Virus record (IMG/VR): IMGVR_UViG_3300005680_000007
Coordinates: 1 to 64,000 of that record
Direction: 5' to 3' (one strand)
DNA: 64,000 nucleotides
DNA from: a virus
Below, in pieces: positions 50,640 to 61,900 of this stretch. Each line of letters begins with the position of its first letter. Within the stretch, counting starts at the first letter, position 1. The position numbers and the translations under genes are program-made. Below the pieces are notes generated by a model that saw only the letters and a program-made list of their open reading frames with translations, had not been told where the DNA came from and made no database searches.

Positions 50640-52961
50640 ATGGGATCATTGTGTAAAAGCGGTCCCGCGACCACCACGACGTCGACCAAGACCAAATCGG
50701 AGTCGGCCTATACGCCTTTCGCGCGCGACGAGATGCAGGACATCTACGGCCGCGTCTGGGAGGCTGGATCGACGCCATACACGCCGTTCACCGGCAATAT
50801 GGTCGCGGGGCTCAACCCGACGCAGCTTGGCGGCATCGACAAGATCACGGGCGCGACGAACTATCTCAACACCGCGGCGAATTACGCGCGCGAGGGCGCA
50901 GCGCCGATCTCGGATTGGGAGATCGAACGCTACATCAATCCGTTCACCAACAATGTCATCGACGCCACGCGGGCGAATTTCGCGGAGAACAATGCCCAGC
51001 AGCAGAGCCAGATCAGGGGCAATGCCGCGCTCCGTGGCGCGCTCGGCGGCGACCGGGCCGGCATTGCGCAGGCGGAAGCGGCGCGGCAGCAGAAACTGGC
51101 GCAAGACCCGATCATCGCCAAGATGCAGCAGGACAGCTACACGCAGGCGCTCGCGGCCGCGCAGGCCGACCGGGCCGCAAAGGCGCAAGGGGCTTATGGC
51201 TTCGGCGCGCTGCATTCCGGTGCGCTTGCCGGCGGCCAGTCTCAGATCGGGGCTGGCTCGCTCGAGCAGGGCGTGGATCAGGCAAGGCTCAATGCCCAGT
51301 ACCAGGAATTCATGCGCGCGCAGCAATACCCCTATCAGAATGCGCAATTCCTCGCGTCGGCCGGGCTGCCGCTCCTCACCGCGCAGGGCGGCACCCAGAC
51401 CGGCCAGAGCAGCGGCACCAGCACGCAGGTCCAGCAGGCGGCGCAGCCGAGCGTCTTGCAGCAGGCGGTTGGCCTCGGCACCGCGGCAATCGGCGCGTTC
51501 AGCGGCAACCCGTTCGCGTTCCTCGGCGGCCTGAACAGCGCCGCGGGCGGAATGCCATCGACCGGCGCGACCTACGGCGTCTCGCCAGGGTCTTCCGGCA
51601 TGGCATCGTTCGGCGGCGTGCCGTATCCGGTGTTCAACCGCGGCGGCCGCGTGCGTCCCGGCTACCGGAATGGCGGCTTCATCGACCGGGTCAACGAGCT
51701 CCGGCAGGCGATGCGCCGCGGCGGCGCGATCCGGCTTCCCGGCTATGCCGACGGCGGCGAAATTCCGTTCTGGGAGCGCTTCGCGCCGGCCGCGGAAGCC
51801 GTCCAGAGCGGCGAATTCGATCCGCAGGGGTCGAATTACCCGGCACCCATGGCAATGGCGCCAGAGGCCCCCGCTGAGTCTCCTGCGCTCGCCCGTGGGA
51901 TCACGCTTCCCCCGCAGATTGCCAGCCCGGGGGGCTCCGGCCCGATCATGGCTCCGGCCATGCGCCCGGCCATGCAGCCCGCGATCGCGCAGGCGCCAAT
52001 GGCGGCCGACGCACCGACCGATTTCTCCGCGCAGCGGGCATTCCCGCCGCGAGCCGCGCAGCCGGGCGGTGGCCTCTCCGAAGAAGCCCGCATGGCACTC
52101 ATCGCGGCCGGCCTCGGCATGATGGCCTCCAAGCATCCAAATGCGGCCGGCGCCATCGGCGAGGGCGGACTGATCGGCATCAAGCAATACACGAGCGGCA
52201 AGCAGACCAAAGAGAAGAACGAATTGGCGGCTCGCAAATTGCTGATGGATGCGGAGCAATTCGCCAAGACCCACGATTTGCGCGGCAAGACGCTGGACGA
52301 GACCAAGCGCTACCACGACATGACGATCCAGGAGCGCCGGGAGGCGGCTTCCGAGCGGTCGCAGGACCGCCGCGATGCGCTGGCCCGTCATGCTTTCCCT
52401 GGGACAGGGAAGGACGAGGACGGCAACGCCGTGCCGGGGATGTATCGCTACGACCCGGACAAGCAGGACTATGTGTTCAAGCCAGGCGCCGCGATCCAGA
52501 AGGGCGGCTCCGGTTCCGGACGGCCGCCGGCGGTGCTGCAGATCGCAGACGCGATGATCGCCGCGCGCGAAGAGGCCCGCAAGGCCAATCCGAGCCTTCC
52601 GCCGCTCAGCCGGGAGGAGGCGATCAAGTCGGCCCAGCGCGCCCCGCGCGACCGCGAGGACGTCACCACCCGCGAGCGGCTGGCCCAGAACCTCGCCAAG
52701 AACGACCCGAGTTTCACCATCGACAAGGCGCGCGAATTCTACGGCCTGCCGCCGCGCGTGATGCCGGACAAGAAGCCCGCCGAGAAGGGCCTGTGGGACC
52801 GCATGTTTGGCGGCGGGGACAAGAAGGCCGATGCGCCGAAGCTCAAGCCCATGACGCCCGAAGTCAGCGCCAAGGCGAAAGAAGCCATCGACGCCGGCAA
52901 GGACCGCAATGCCGTGATCCAGCGGCTGCGTGAAAACGGAATCGACCCGTCCGGACTGTGA
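50640..52961 (+). CDS. internal virion/ejection-type protein
   Basis: 773 aa, Gln/Ala/Gly-rich and low in complexity. It lies between the tail genes and the giant ORF. Confidence 0.45.
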   Translation: MGSLCKSGPATTTTSTKTKSESAYTPFARDEMQDIYGRVWEAGSTPYTPFTGNMVAGLNPTQLGGIDKITGATNYLNTAANYAREGAAPISDWEIERYINPFTNNVIDATRANFAENNAQQQSQIRGNAALRGALGGDRAGIAQAEAARQQKLAQDPIIAKMQQDSYTQALAAAQADRAAKAQGAYGFGALHSGALAGGQSQIGAGSLEQGVDQARLNAQYQEFMRAQQYPYQNAQFLASAGLPLLTAQGGTQTGQSSGTSTQVQQAAQPSVLQQAVGLGTAAIGAFSGNPFAFLGGLNSAAGGMPSTGATYGVSPGSSGMASFGGVPYPVFNRGGRVRPGYRNGGFIDRVNELRQAMRRGGAIRLPGYADGGEIPFWERFAPAAEAVQSGEFDPQGSNYPAPMAMAPEAPAESPALARGITLPPQIASPGGSGPIMAPAMRPAMQPAIAQAPMAADAPTDFSAQRAFPPRAAQPGGGLSEEARMALIAAGLGMMASKHPNAAGAIGEGGLIGIKQYTSGKQTKEKNELAARKLLMDAEQFAKTHDLRGKTLDETKRYHDMTIQERREAASERSQDRRDALARHAFPGTGKDEDGNAVPGMYRYDPDKQDYVFKPGAAIQKGGSGSGRPPAVLQIADAMIAAREEARKANPSLPPLSREEAIKSAQRAPRDREDVTTRERLAQNLAKNDPSFTIDKAREFYGLPPRVMPDKKPAEKGLWDRMFGGGDKKADAPKLKPMTPEVSAKAKEAIDAGKDRNAVIQRLRENGIDPSGL

Positions 52962-55900
52962 CCGACATCTCCTTCGACGACCTCCCGTCGGCAAAACCGG
53001 CGGATACCGGCCTTTCCTTCGACGACCTTCCTGCGGCCGCGCCCGCAGCGGAATCGGGCTATGTGCCGGAAGCGTTGAAGGGCTTCGCGCGCGGCGCGCA
53101 GGGCATGGTGACGTCGCCGCTGCAGGGTGTTGCGGCCGCGCAGTCGCAGGGCCCGGCGGCAATCGAACGCGCCGGACTTTCGGCCGCCATGGACCGCGTC
53201 ATGGCCGGCGAGGATCCCGCGCAGGCTGTGGAGAACGTGCGCGCGGCACCCCCGGCGCTGCCGCCGGTCACGGAAACGCCCGGCTGGCATGCCGCCGAGT
53301 CCTTCAAGAAAGCGACGGACCCGTATATCGCGCCCGCGAAAGGCTGGGAGGACAGCTGGACCGGCGATATAGCTGGCGGCTTTGGATCGGTCGCAGCCGG
53401 CATCGGCATGTCCATCCTCAATCCGGCCGCCGCCATGCTCGCGTTCGTCACGGCCGGCCAGGGCGAAGCGGCCGAACGCGCGGTGAAGGCTGGCGCTACG
53501 CCGGAGCAGATCCAGACCGCGGCCAGGCTCGGAACGGTCTCGGGCGCAACCGACGTGGTTGACGCGCTCCTGCCGATGATGGGCTCCTACGGCAAGACGC
53601 TCGGGCTCATCAAGCGGGTGGGCTATGGCGCTGTCTCCGGCGCGCTCGCGGAAGGCGGGCAGGAAGGCCTGCAGCAATTCATCCAGAACGCGATCGCGAA
53701 GGGCATCTACAAGCCCGACCAGGACTTGATGGAGGATGTGCCGCGCAGTGCGGCCATTGGCGCGATCGTCGGCGGGAGCATCGGCGGGTTCTCTGGCGGC
53801 GTGCAGAAGCCGGGGGCTGCGCCGGCAGCCGAGGCCCAGCAGTCCGCTGTGCAGCCAACTGCCGGGCAGCCCGCGGCCGACCCGCTCGAAGCCTTGATCG
53901 CGCGCGAAGCCGAGTCGCCGGCGCCGGACAATCCCGAACTCGACGCGCTCCTGTCCGATCTTGCCTCCCGCGCGACGGATTTCTCGGACCGCGCGCGCAG
54001 CGGTTCTCCGGTCGCTGCGCCTGCCCAGGCTGCCGAACCCGCCACCGAGCCGAGCGGGGCGCCGATCGATCCGATGTTCGCAGACCTGCCGGATGCGGAA
54101 GAAACCCCGCAGCGCGGCCCGAAAATCACCTATCTGACGCCGGATGCCATCCAGACCGACGCCGAGCGCTTCCAATATAAGGGTGGTGCCGACAAGGAAG
54201 GCGTCACCAGCGCGCTCAAGGACGTCAAGAAATGGGATGACCGTCTCGCCCCGCCTATTCTCGCGTGGGAGTCGGAAGACGGCAGCCTCTACGTCGTCAA
54301 CGGACACCAGCGCACGGCGCTCGCCAAGCGCGCCAGCGCCGCAGGTCAGCCGGACGTCTATGTCCCGGCCCGCATTATGCGTGAGGCTGACGGCTATACC
54401 CCCGAGTATATGCGCGCCCTCGGCGCCTTCCAGAACATCGCGGAGGGCACCGGGACGGCGCTCGATGCGGCGAAGGTGCTGCGCGCTAATTCGGCCGACC
54501 TCGCAGATGTGCTGCCGCCGCTGCCGCCGCGCAGCCAGCTTGTCCAGAACGCAAAGGGGCTGGCCGACCTGTCCGACGAGGCGTTCGGCATGGTGGTCAA
54601 CGACATCGTGCCGGAAGCCTACGCCGCGCAGGTTGGCAACATCCTGAAAGAGCCTGCCGAGCAGATGGCGGCGCTGGACGTTCTGGCGAAAGGCCAGCCC
54701 GCCAACGTCGACCAGGCGCGGATCATGGTCGAGGACATCCGCAACGCCGGATTCCTGAAAGGCGAACAAACCGGATTGTTCGGTGCCGAGGAATTTGCCC
54801 GCTCGCTTGTGCCCGAAAGGGCGCGTATACTGGACCGCGCCGTCAAGACGCTGCGCAAGCTCGGCTCCACGTTCAAGACCGCGGTGGAGCAGGAAGGCAC
54901 GCTGGCCGAGGCCGGCAACAAGCTCAAGCGCGCCGCCAACGAAAGGGCGCAGACCGAGAACGAAAGGCTCGCAGAGGTTCTTGCCAATGACGGGACGCGG
55001 AAAGGACCAATCTCCGATGCGCTTAGTGACGCCGCAAGAGCGCTCGCCGACGGCAAGCCCATCAATGCCGTCACGTCGCAATTCCTCTCCCAGGTTCGAT
55101 CTCTCACGCGAGGAACTCGTCCGGGCGTACAACGAAGCGCTGAGACTGACCGCGATGGACATGCGCGAGAACCGCAGCAGGCCGCGCTCTACTCGCTCGG
55201 ACGAGGACAGCAACGTCCTGTAGCGCCGAAAGTTCGCGCTGAAATCGAGGCCATGACGGCGCGCAATGCGCCGCTGGATGAAATCGTCGCGCACCCTGCC
55301 GTGTCCCGCGCCGTCGCGGAAATGCGCCGCCGCATCCCGACCGGTACACCGGAACAATTGCGCGATCCGGCATGGCAAGCGAAGCGCGTCTATGACTTCG
55401 GCGGCAAGCCGGTCAGAGGATTCGATGCTGCTGCTGATCGTCTGACGGAAAAGGCTCGTTCCTATGCGGGCGGCAAGGTGGAGAACGGGCGCCATGCCGT
55501 ACTCGTGCTTGGGCCTCCTGCGGCTGGCAAATCTACCTTCGCCAACCCGATCGCAAAGGCGATGGGCGCGGCCGTGGTCGACGCCGACGATGCCAAACTG
55601 GTCATACGCGAATATCAGGGCGGTGTCGGCACCGTCGCGGTTCATGAGGAAAGCTCTGCCCTGGCCGGTCGTGTGGCCTCGCGCCTGATCGGCGAGGGAG
55701 CCAATCTGGTTTTGCCGAAGGTGGGTGCCGCCGAGGCCAGCATCCGCAATCTGAAGAAGGCGCTGGAGGCCAAGGGCTACACGGTCGACGTCGCCCATGT
55801 GGCTGCAAATCCTGAGATTTCCGGCCGCCGGAACATTGGCCGCTGGCTCGAAACGGGACGCCTCGTCGACCCGGATTATATTCGGGAAGTGGGTGACAAG

Positions 55901-58900
55901 CCGCGGGAAGTCGCCTATATTCTGAGTAGAGAGGGTAATGACTATGTCGATGTCGATACCTCCCGAAGCCCCCCGAAAATCGAAGGAAAAGGCCCGCTCG
56001 CGAAGCTTCTCCGAGATCGAGGAGAGCGCGGAGAGCCTGTTTCTCGAGGAGATGGAGCGCAAGCCCTCTTCTCGCTCGGGCGACGGAAAGGCGTAACGGA
56101 TCAGGTCGATCTGTTCGGCGGCAGGGGAGACCAGTATGTCCTGCCGGGCGCCGAGAAGATCAGCGATGCCGAACTGGCGCAGCGGCGCGCGGATGCCCCG
56201 CTGCAGCCCAAGAAGCCGCAGAAGCCGGCCGAACTATTCTCGAACGACGATGCAAGCCAGCTAGGGCTTGGTCTGGAGCCGAAAGATGGACGCCGAGACG
56301 TTCGCCAGGGAGCACAAGGAGTATCTCCAAAACAACCGGCCGGACGTGCTCAAGGGCTTTCAGCGCGAAGGCGACCTGAGCAGGTATCTCTCTTCGATTG
56401 GGGAGCAGGCCGAAAGCCGGATGATCGACCTGCACGGCCAGATGAACAAGCAGGCGGGGGTGAACGACCTGCCGTACCTGCAGAAGGTGGCCGCGTTACA
56501 AAACCACCATCAATCGGCGCTCGAAATCGTCCGCGACGAAATCATCCTGCAGCCGCGGGACTAGCCGAGGCGATCAAGAAGATCGAGGAGCGTTCGCGCC
56601 TCAACTATCGCATCACCGATTCCGATCGCATCGGCGAAGGCGGACCCAAGCAGAAGGTCCGCGACAATATCGAAGCCGTTCGCGTCCTGCGCCAGATCGA
56701 GGAAGAAGGCCGCGGCCCGACTCCCGAGGAAAAGGCGAAGCTCGTCAAGTATGTCGGCTGGGGCGCGTTCGCGCAGGATGTGTTCGCACCCCACAAGCAG
56801 GATTGGAAGAAGGAACGCGATGCGCTCCGCTCGCTCCTGACCGACGCCGAATACGATTCCGCCAAAGCCTCGACCCTGAATGCCCACTACACGTCGCCGG
56901 AAGTCATCCGCGGCATGTGGGACGTGATGGATCATTTCGGGTTTTCGGGTGGCCTTGCGCTCGAGCCGTCGGCCGGCATCGGCCATTTCATCGGTCTCAC
57001 CCCCGACCACGTCGCGCCCAAGACGGCATGGACGGCGGTTGAACTCGACGCCATCACCGGACGCATCGCCGCCGCGCTCTATGGCGGCTCCGAGGTTCAC
57101 GTCGAAGGCTATCAGGATCTCAAGCGACCGTCGAATTACTACGACCTCGTCATCTCCAACGTGCCGTTTGGCGACTACAACATCACCGAAAAGCCCTACG
57201 GCCGCTATCCCATTCACGACTTCTTCTTCGTCAAGTCGCTGGACAAGGTGCGCCCGGGCGGCATCGTCGCGTTCATCACGTCCCGCTACACTATGGACCG
57301 CATGGATCCCGCGACGCGGCGCGAATTCGCGAAGCAGGCTGACCTCGTCGGCGCCATCCGTCTCCCGGGCGGCCGCAAGGGCGCGTTCGCCGGCAATGCC
57401 GGAACCGAAGTGACGACCGACATCATTTTCCTGCGCAAGAAGGTGCCGGACGAAAAGCCTTATCCGCAGAAGCCATGGCTAGAGACCAAGGAGATCAAGA
57501 CACCGGACGGCCCGGTCAAGATCAACGAGTATTTCGCCGCCAATCCACAAATGATGATGGGCGAAATGCGGCTGACCGGATCGATGTATTCGGACAAGGA
57601 GCCGGTGCTGGTCGGGACCGCGGAGGGATTGCGAGAGCGCATTGCTCAGGCCGCGCGCGACAACATGGAGGCCGGAGCATTCCTGCCGCGCGGCGTGCCG
57701 GAGCCGGTCAATATCGATAGTTCGGACGTCGATCCGACGCTGAAAGAAGGCGCGCTGTTCGTGAAGAACGGCAAGGTCTACCAGCGCCAGAATGGCGTTG
57801 GCGTCGAGCAGAAGCTTTCCCCCGACGACGTCGACCGCGTCAAGCGGCTGTCCGAGATGCGGGGCACGGTGAACGACTTGCTCGCGGCGCAGCTGGGCGC
57901 GAGCGACAAGGGCACGCCGGCGGACCTGCGCCGTTCGCTTGCCAAAACCTACGAGGCTTTCGTCAAGAAGTGGGGCCCGATCAATCTCGAGGAGCGGACG
58001 GTCACGTCCCGCGTCAACAAGGAAGGCGAAAACGTCGTCATTGTCCGCACGCCGAACCTGACCCCGTTCAAGGGCGATCCGGATGCATGGAAGGTCTCGG
58101 CGATCGAGAAATACGATCCAGAGACGGGCAAGGCGACGCCAGCCGCGATCCAGACCAAGAACGTGATCGAGGCACCGACCGAGCGCCAGATCAACGGGCC
58201 GGCCGATGCGCTGGCTGCGTCGCTAGACAAGCATGGTGCTGTGGACGTCTACGACATCGCGGACATGCTGGGCACGTCGGTCGAGGATGCCGTCAAGAGC
58301 CTGGGCGATACGGTGTTCGTCGATCCGGACGGCCGCCAGTATGTGACCGCCGATCAGTACCTTTCCGGCAATGTCGTGAAAAAGCTGGAAGAGGCGCGCG
58401 CGCTTGCGCAGGATGACGCCTCGTTCCAGCGCAACGTGGACGCCTTGGAGAAGGTGCAGCCCGTTCCGCTGGAGCCGTCCGACATCACCGCGCAATTCGG
58501 TGCCCCGTGGGTGCCGGAGCACGTCTATAACGATTTCATCAAGGATGTGCTGGGTGGTAGCGGGGAGGTCAAGAAGGTCCCGCTGACGGGCGAATGGCGC
58601 GTCACGATCAACGCAGCATCCCGAGATGCTCGCGCGAAGTATGCGACCGATCGCGTGCCGATCGACAAGATATTCAAGGCCGCGATCAACAACCAGCAGA
58701 TTACGGTGTGGGATCAGGTCGCGGACGACAAGCGGGAGGTCAACCAGAAAGAAACCGAAGCGGCCCGGATCAAGACCGAGGCGATGAAAGAAGCCTTCGC
58801 GGGCGATCCGAACCTCGGGATTGACGGATGGGTGTGGCAGGACGGGGCCCGCGCCGCCGAGCTCGCCGCCATCTACAACCGGACCTACAACAATCTCGTC

Positions 58901-61900
58901 CCCACCAATTTCGACGGCTCGCACCAGACGCTGCCCGGCCTCAACCGCATGTTCGCCGATCGCAAGCACCGGCTGGATGCTATCTGGCGCATGGTCACGA
59001 AGGGCAACACGCTGCTCGCCCATGTGGTCGGTTCCGGCAAGACCGTTACCATGATCGCCGGCGGCATGGAGATGAAGCGGCTGGGCCTGATCAACAAGCC
59101 CGCCTATGTGGTGCCGAACCACATGCTCGAGCAGTTCGCGCGGGAATTCATCGAAGCCTACCCGAATGCCAAGATCATCGTCGCCGAAAAGGACGAGATG
59201 ACGCGGGACAACCGCAAGGCCTTCTTGGCCAAGGTGGCGGCAAACGACTGGGACGGCGTCGTTATCACGCATGACGCCTTCGGCCGCATCAACATGGCGA
59301 AGGAATTCCGCCAGCAATTCATCCGCGACCAGATCGCCGAACTTGAGCGGGTGAAGACCGCGGAGGCGAAGGAGGCGGGCAAGGACTCGCCCACGGTCAA
59401 GGCGCTGGAAAAGGCCAAGAAGCGGCTGCAGGACAAACTGCAGAAGCTTTTGAACGAGGATCGCAAGGACGAGGGCACGTCGTTTGAGGAGAGCGGCGTC
59501 GACTTCCTGTTCGTCGACGAGGCGCACAAGTTCAAGAACCTCGCATTCGTGACGCGGCTGCAGCGGGTGAAGGGGCTTGCGCAGGGCGAGAGCCAGCGCG
59601 CCGAGGACCTGTCCCTGAAAATCCGCTACCTCGACCAGAAGCGCCCCGGCCGCTCGGCGGTTTTCGCAACCGGCACGCCGGTATCGAACACGATGGCCGA
59701 ACTCTGGACCATGCAACGCTACCTGCAATACGACAAACTGCGGGAGGCCGATCTTGACACGTTTGATGCATGGGCATCGACCTTCGGCAAGGTCGTCAAC
59801 AACATGGAATTGTCGGCGGACGGCCGCACCCTGAAAGAGGTTTCATCCTTCTCCCGCTTTGTGAACGTGCCGGAACTGGTCTCGCTCTATTCCGAGATTG
59901 CCGACACCAAGACCGCGGACATGCTCAACCTGCCGCGGCCGCAGGTGGTGGCGCCGGACGGCAAGCCCGGCATCGAGATTGTGAAGGTCTCGCCATCGGA
60001 AGCCGAAGAGCGCTACATTGAAGGCCTGGTGAAACTGGCCGAGGAATTGAAGGGCAAGCGGCCGGAGCCCGGCAAGCCCAATATGCTGAGCGTGGTCGGG
60101 CTGGGCCGCAAGGTCGCGACCGATGCGCGCCTTGTCGGTCTGCCCGTCAATGAGGGCGGCAAGATCGCCACGGCCGCGCGCAACATCTTCCAAATCTGGA
60201 AGGATGGCAAAGAGCCCGGCACCGTGCAGATGGTGTTCCTCGACATGGGCGTGCCGCAGACCAAGGCGAAGCCGAAAAAGGCGGACCCGGATGGCGACGT
60301 CACGATCACGGACACTCCGGACCCGATCTTCGCGAAATACAACGTCGATCTCTATGCTGACCTGAAAGCGCGCCTTGTCGCCATGGGCGTGCCGGCCAAG
60401 CAAATTGCCACGATCCACGAGGCGACCGACGACCAGAAGAAGGCCAAGCTGTTCTCGCGCGTGCGATCGGGCGATGTTCGCGTGATCATCGGCTCGTCGG
60501 AGAAGATGGGCGTCGGGACCAATGTGCAGGACCGGCTCATTGCGATGCACCATTTGGACGCGCCGTGGAAGCCCGCGGAAGTGGAGCAGCGCGACGGCCG
60601 CATCGTGCGCCAGGGCAACAAAAATCCGAACGTCCGCATCCTTCGCTATGTGACCGAGCGTTCGTTCGACGCATTCATGTGGCAGAAGCTGGACACAAAA
60701 TCGAAATTCATCGGGCAGGTGCTGTCCGGTGCAAAAGGCGCGCGTCACGCCGAGGACATTGACAATCCGCTGCCGGAAGCAGCGGAGATGAAGGCCGCGG
60801 CGTCTGGCGACCCGCGCATCATGGAGTTGGCCGAACTCGACCGGAAGGTCCGGCAACTGGCGGCGCAGAAGCGTGTGTTCGACGCATCCAAGGCCCGCGC
60901 GGTGTCCGAACTCGCCATGACCAAGGGCCGCGTCAAGCAGTATGAGGATGCGCTGCCGGCGGCCGAGATGGACGCGGCGAAGGTCGAAGATCTGTCGGGA
61001 GACAAGTTCAAGGTCACGATCCAGGGCAAGGAATACGACGACCGCCGCGAGGCCGGAAAGGTCATTCTCGATGCATTGCTCGCGCGCGATGCCCGTTCCT
61101 ATTATGCGCCGAAGCGGATCGACATCGGCACGGAAATGTCGGGCTTCCCGCTCGAAGTTGTGGCGCATGGCCGTTATGGGGACGGCGCGGCCTATCTGGC
61201 CGTGACGCCCGTGGTGCAGGCCAGCAAGAATTACAGCGGCTTGTCGGACATAACGATCAACGACCAGACAGATCCAGCCGGCCTCATGCTCAGGTTTGGC
61301 AATCTCCTCAAGAGCATCGCTCTGGAGCCGGACCGGATCGAGCGCGTGCTGAAAGAAGAGCGCGCAAACGTCCCGCGGCTGGAGAAGGTCGCGGGCGAAA
61401 CCTGGCCGAAGGATGCCGAACTGCAGCGCGCGCGCGCCGATCTGGACGCGCTGACCAAGGAATTGACCGGGGCGAAGGAGGAGAAGCCTGCGGAGGCGGC
61501 TCCTGCAACTGACGCGGTGGATACTGAAGGCTGGACGGCAGAGTCCCTCGTGGGACCGGATGCCGGGTTCACGCATTGGCAGATTAGGGACGCCGCCGGG
61601 AACCCAGTCACGAAAATCGTCGGTGGCACCGCAGAGTCCGCAATCCGAAAGGCAGCGGAGAAACCCGAGGCGCTGTTCGACATCTCGCGCGACCTGACAC
61701 GGCTCGCCCAGAAGGACCGCGGGGAGATCGAGCGCCGCATTACCGCAATCGCCCGGCAGGTCATGGGGGCGCATGTGAGGGTGGCGTTTCAGGACGCGAT
61801 TCCGCTGCCGGACGATGCTGTCGAAGCGTGGGGCGCGAAGGCCAAGGGCCTCTATACCGCCGCAGGACGGTATATCCCGGCGCATCGGCTGATCGACATC

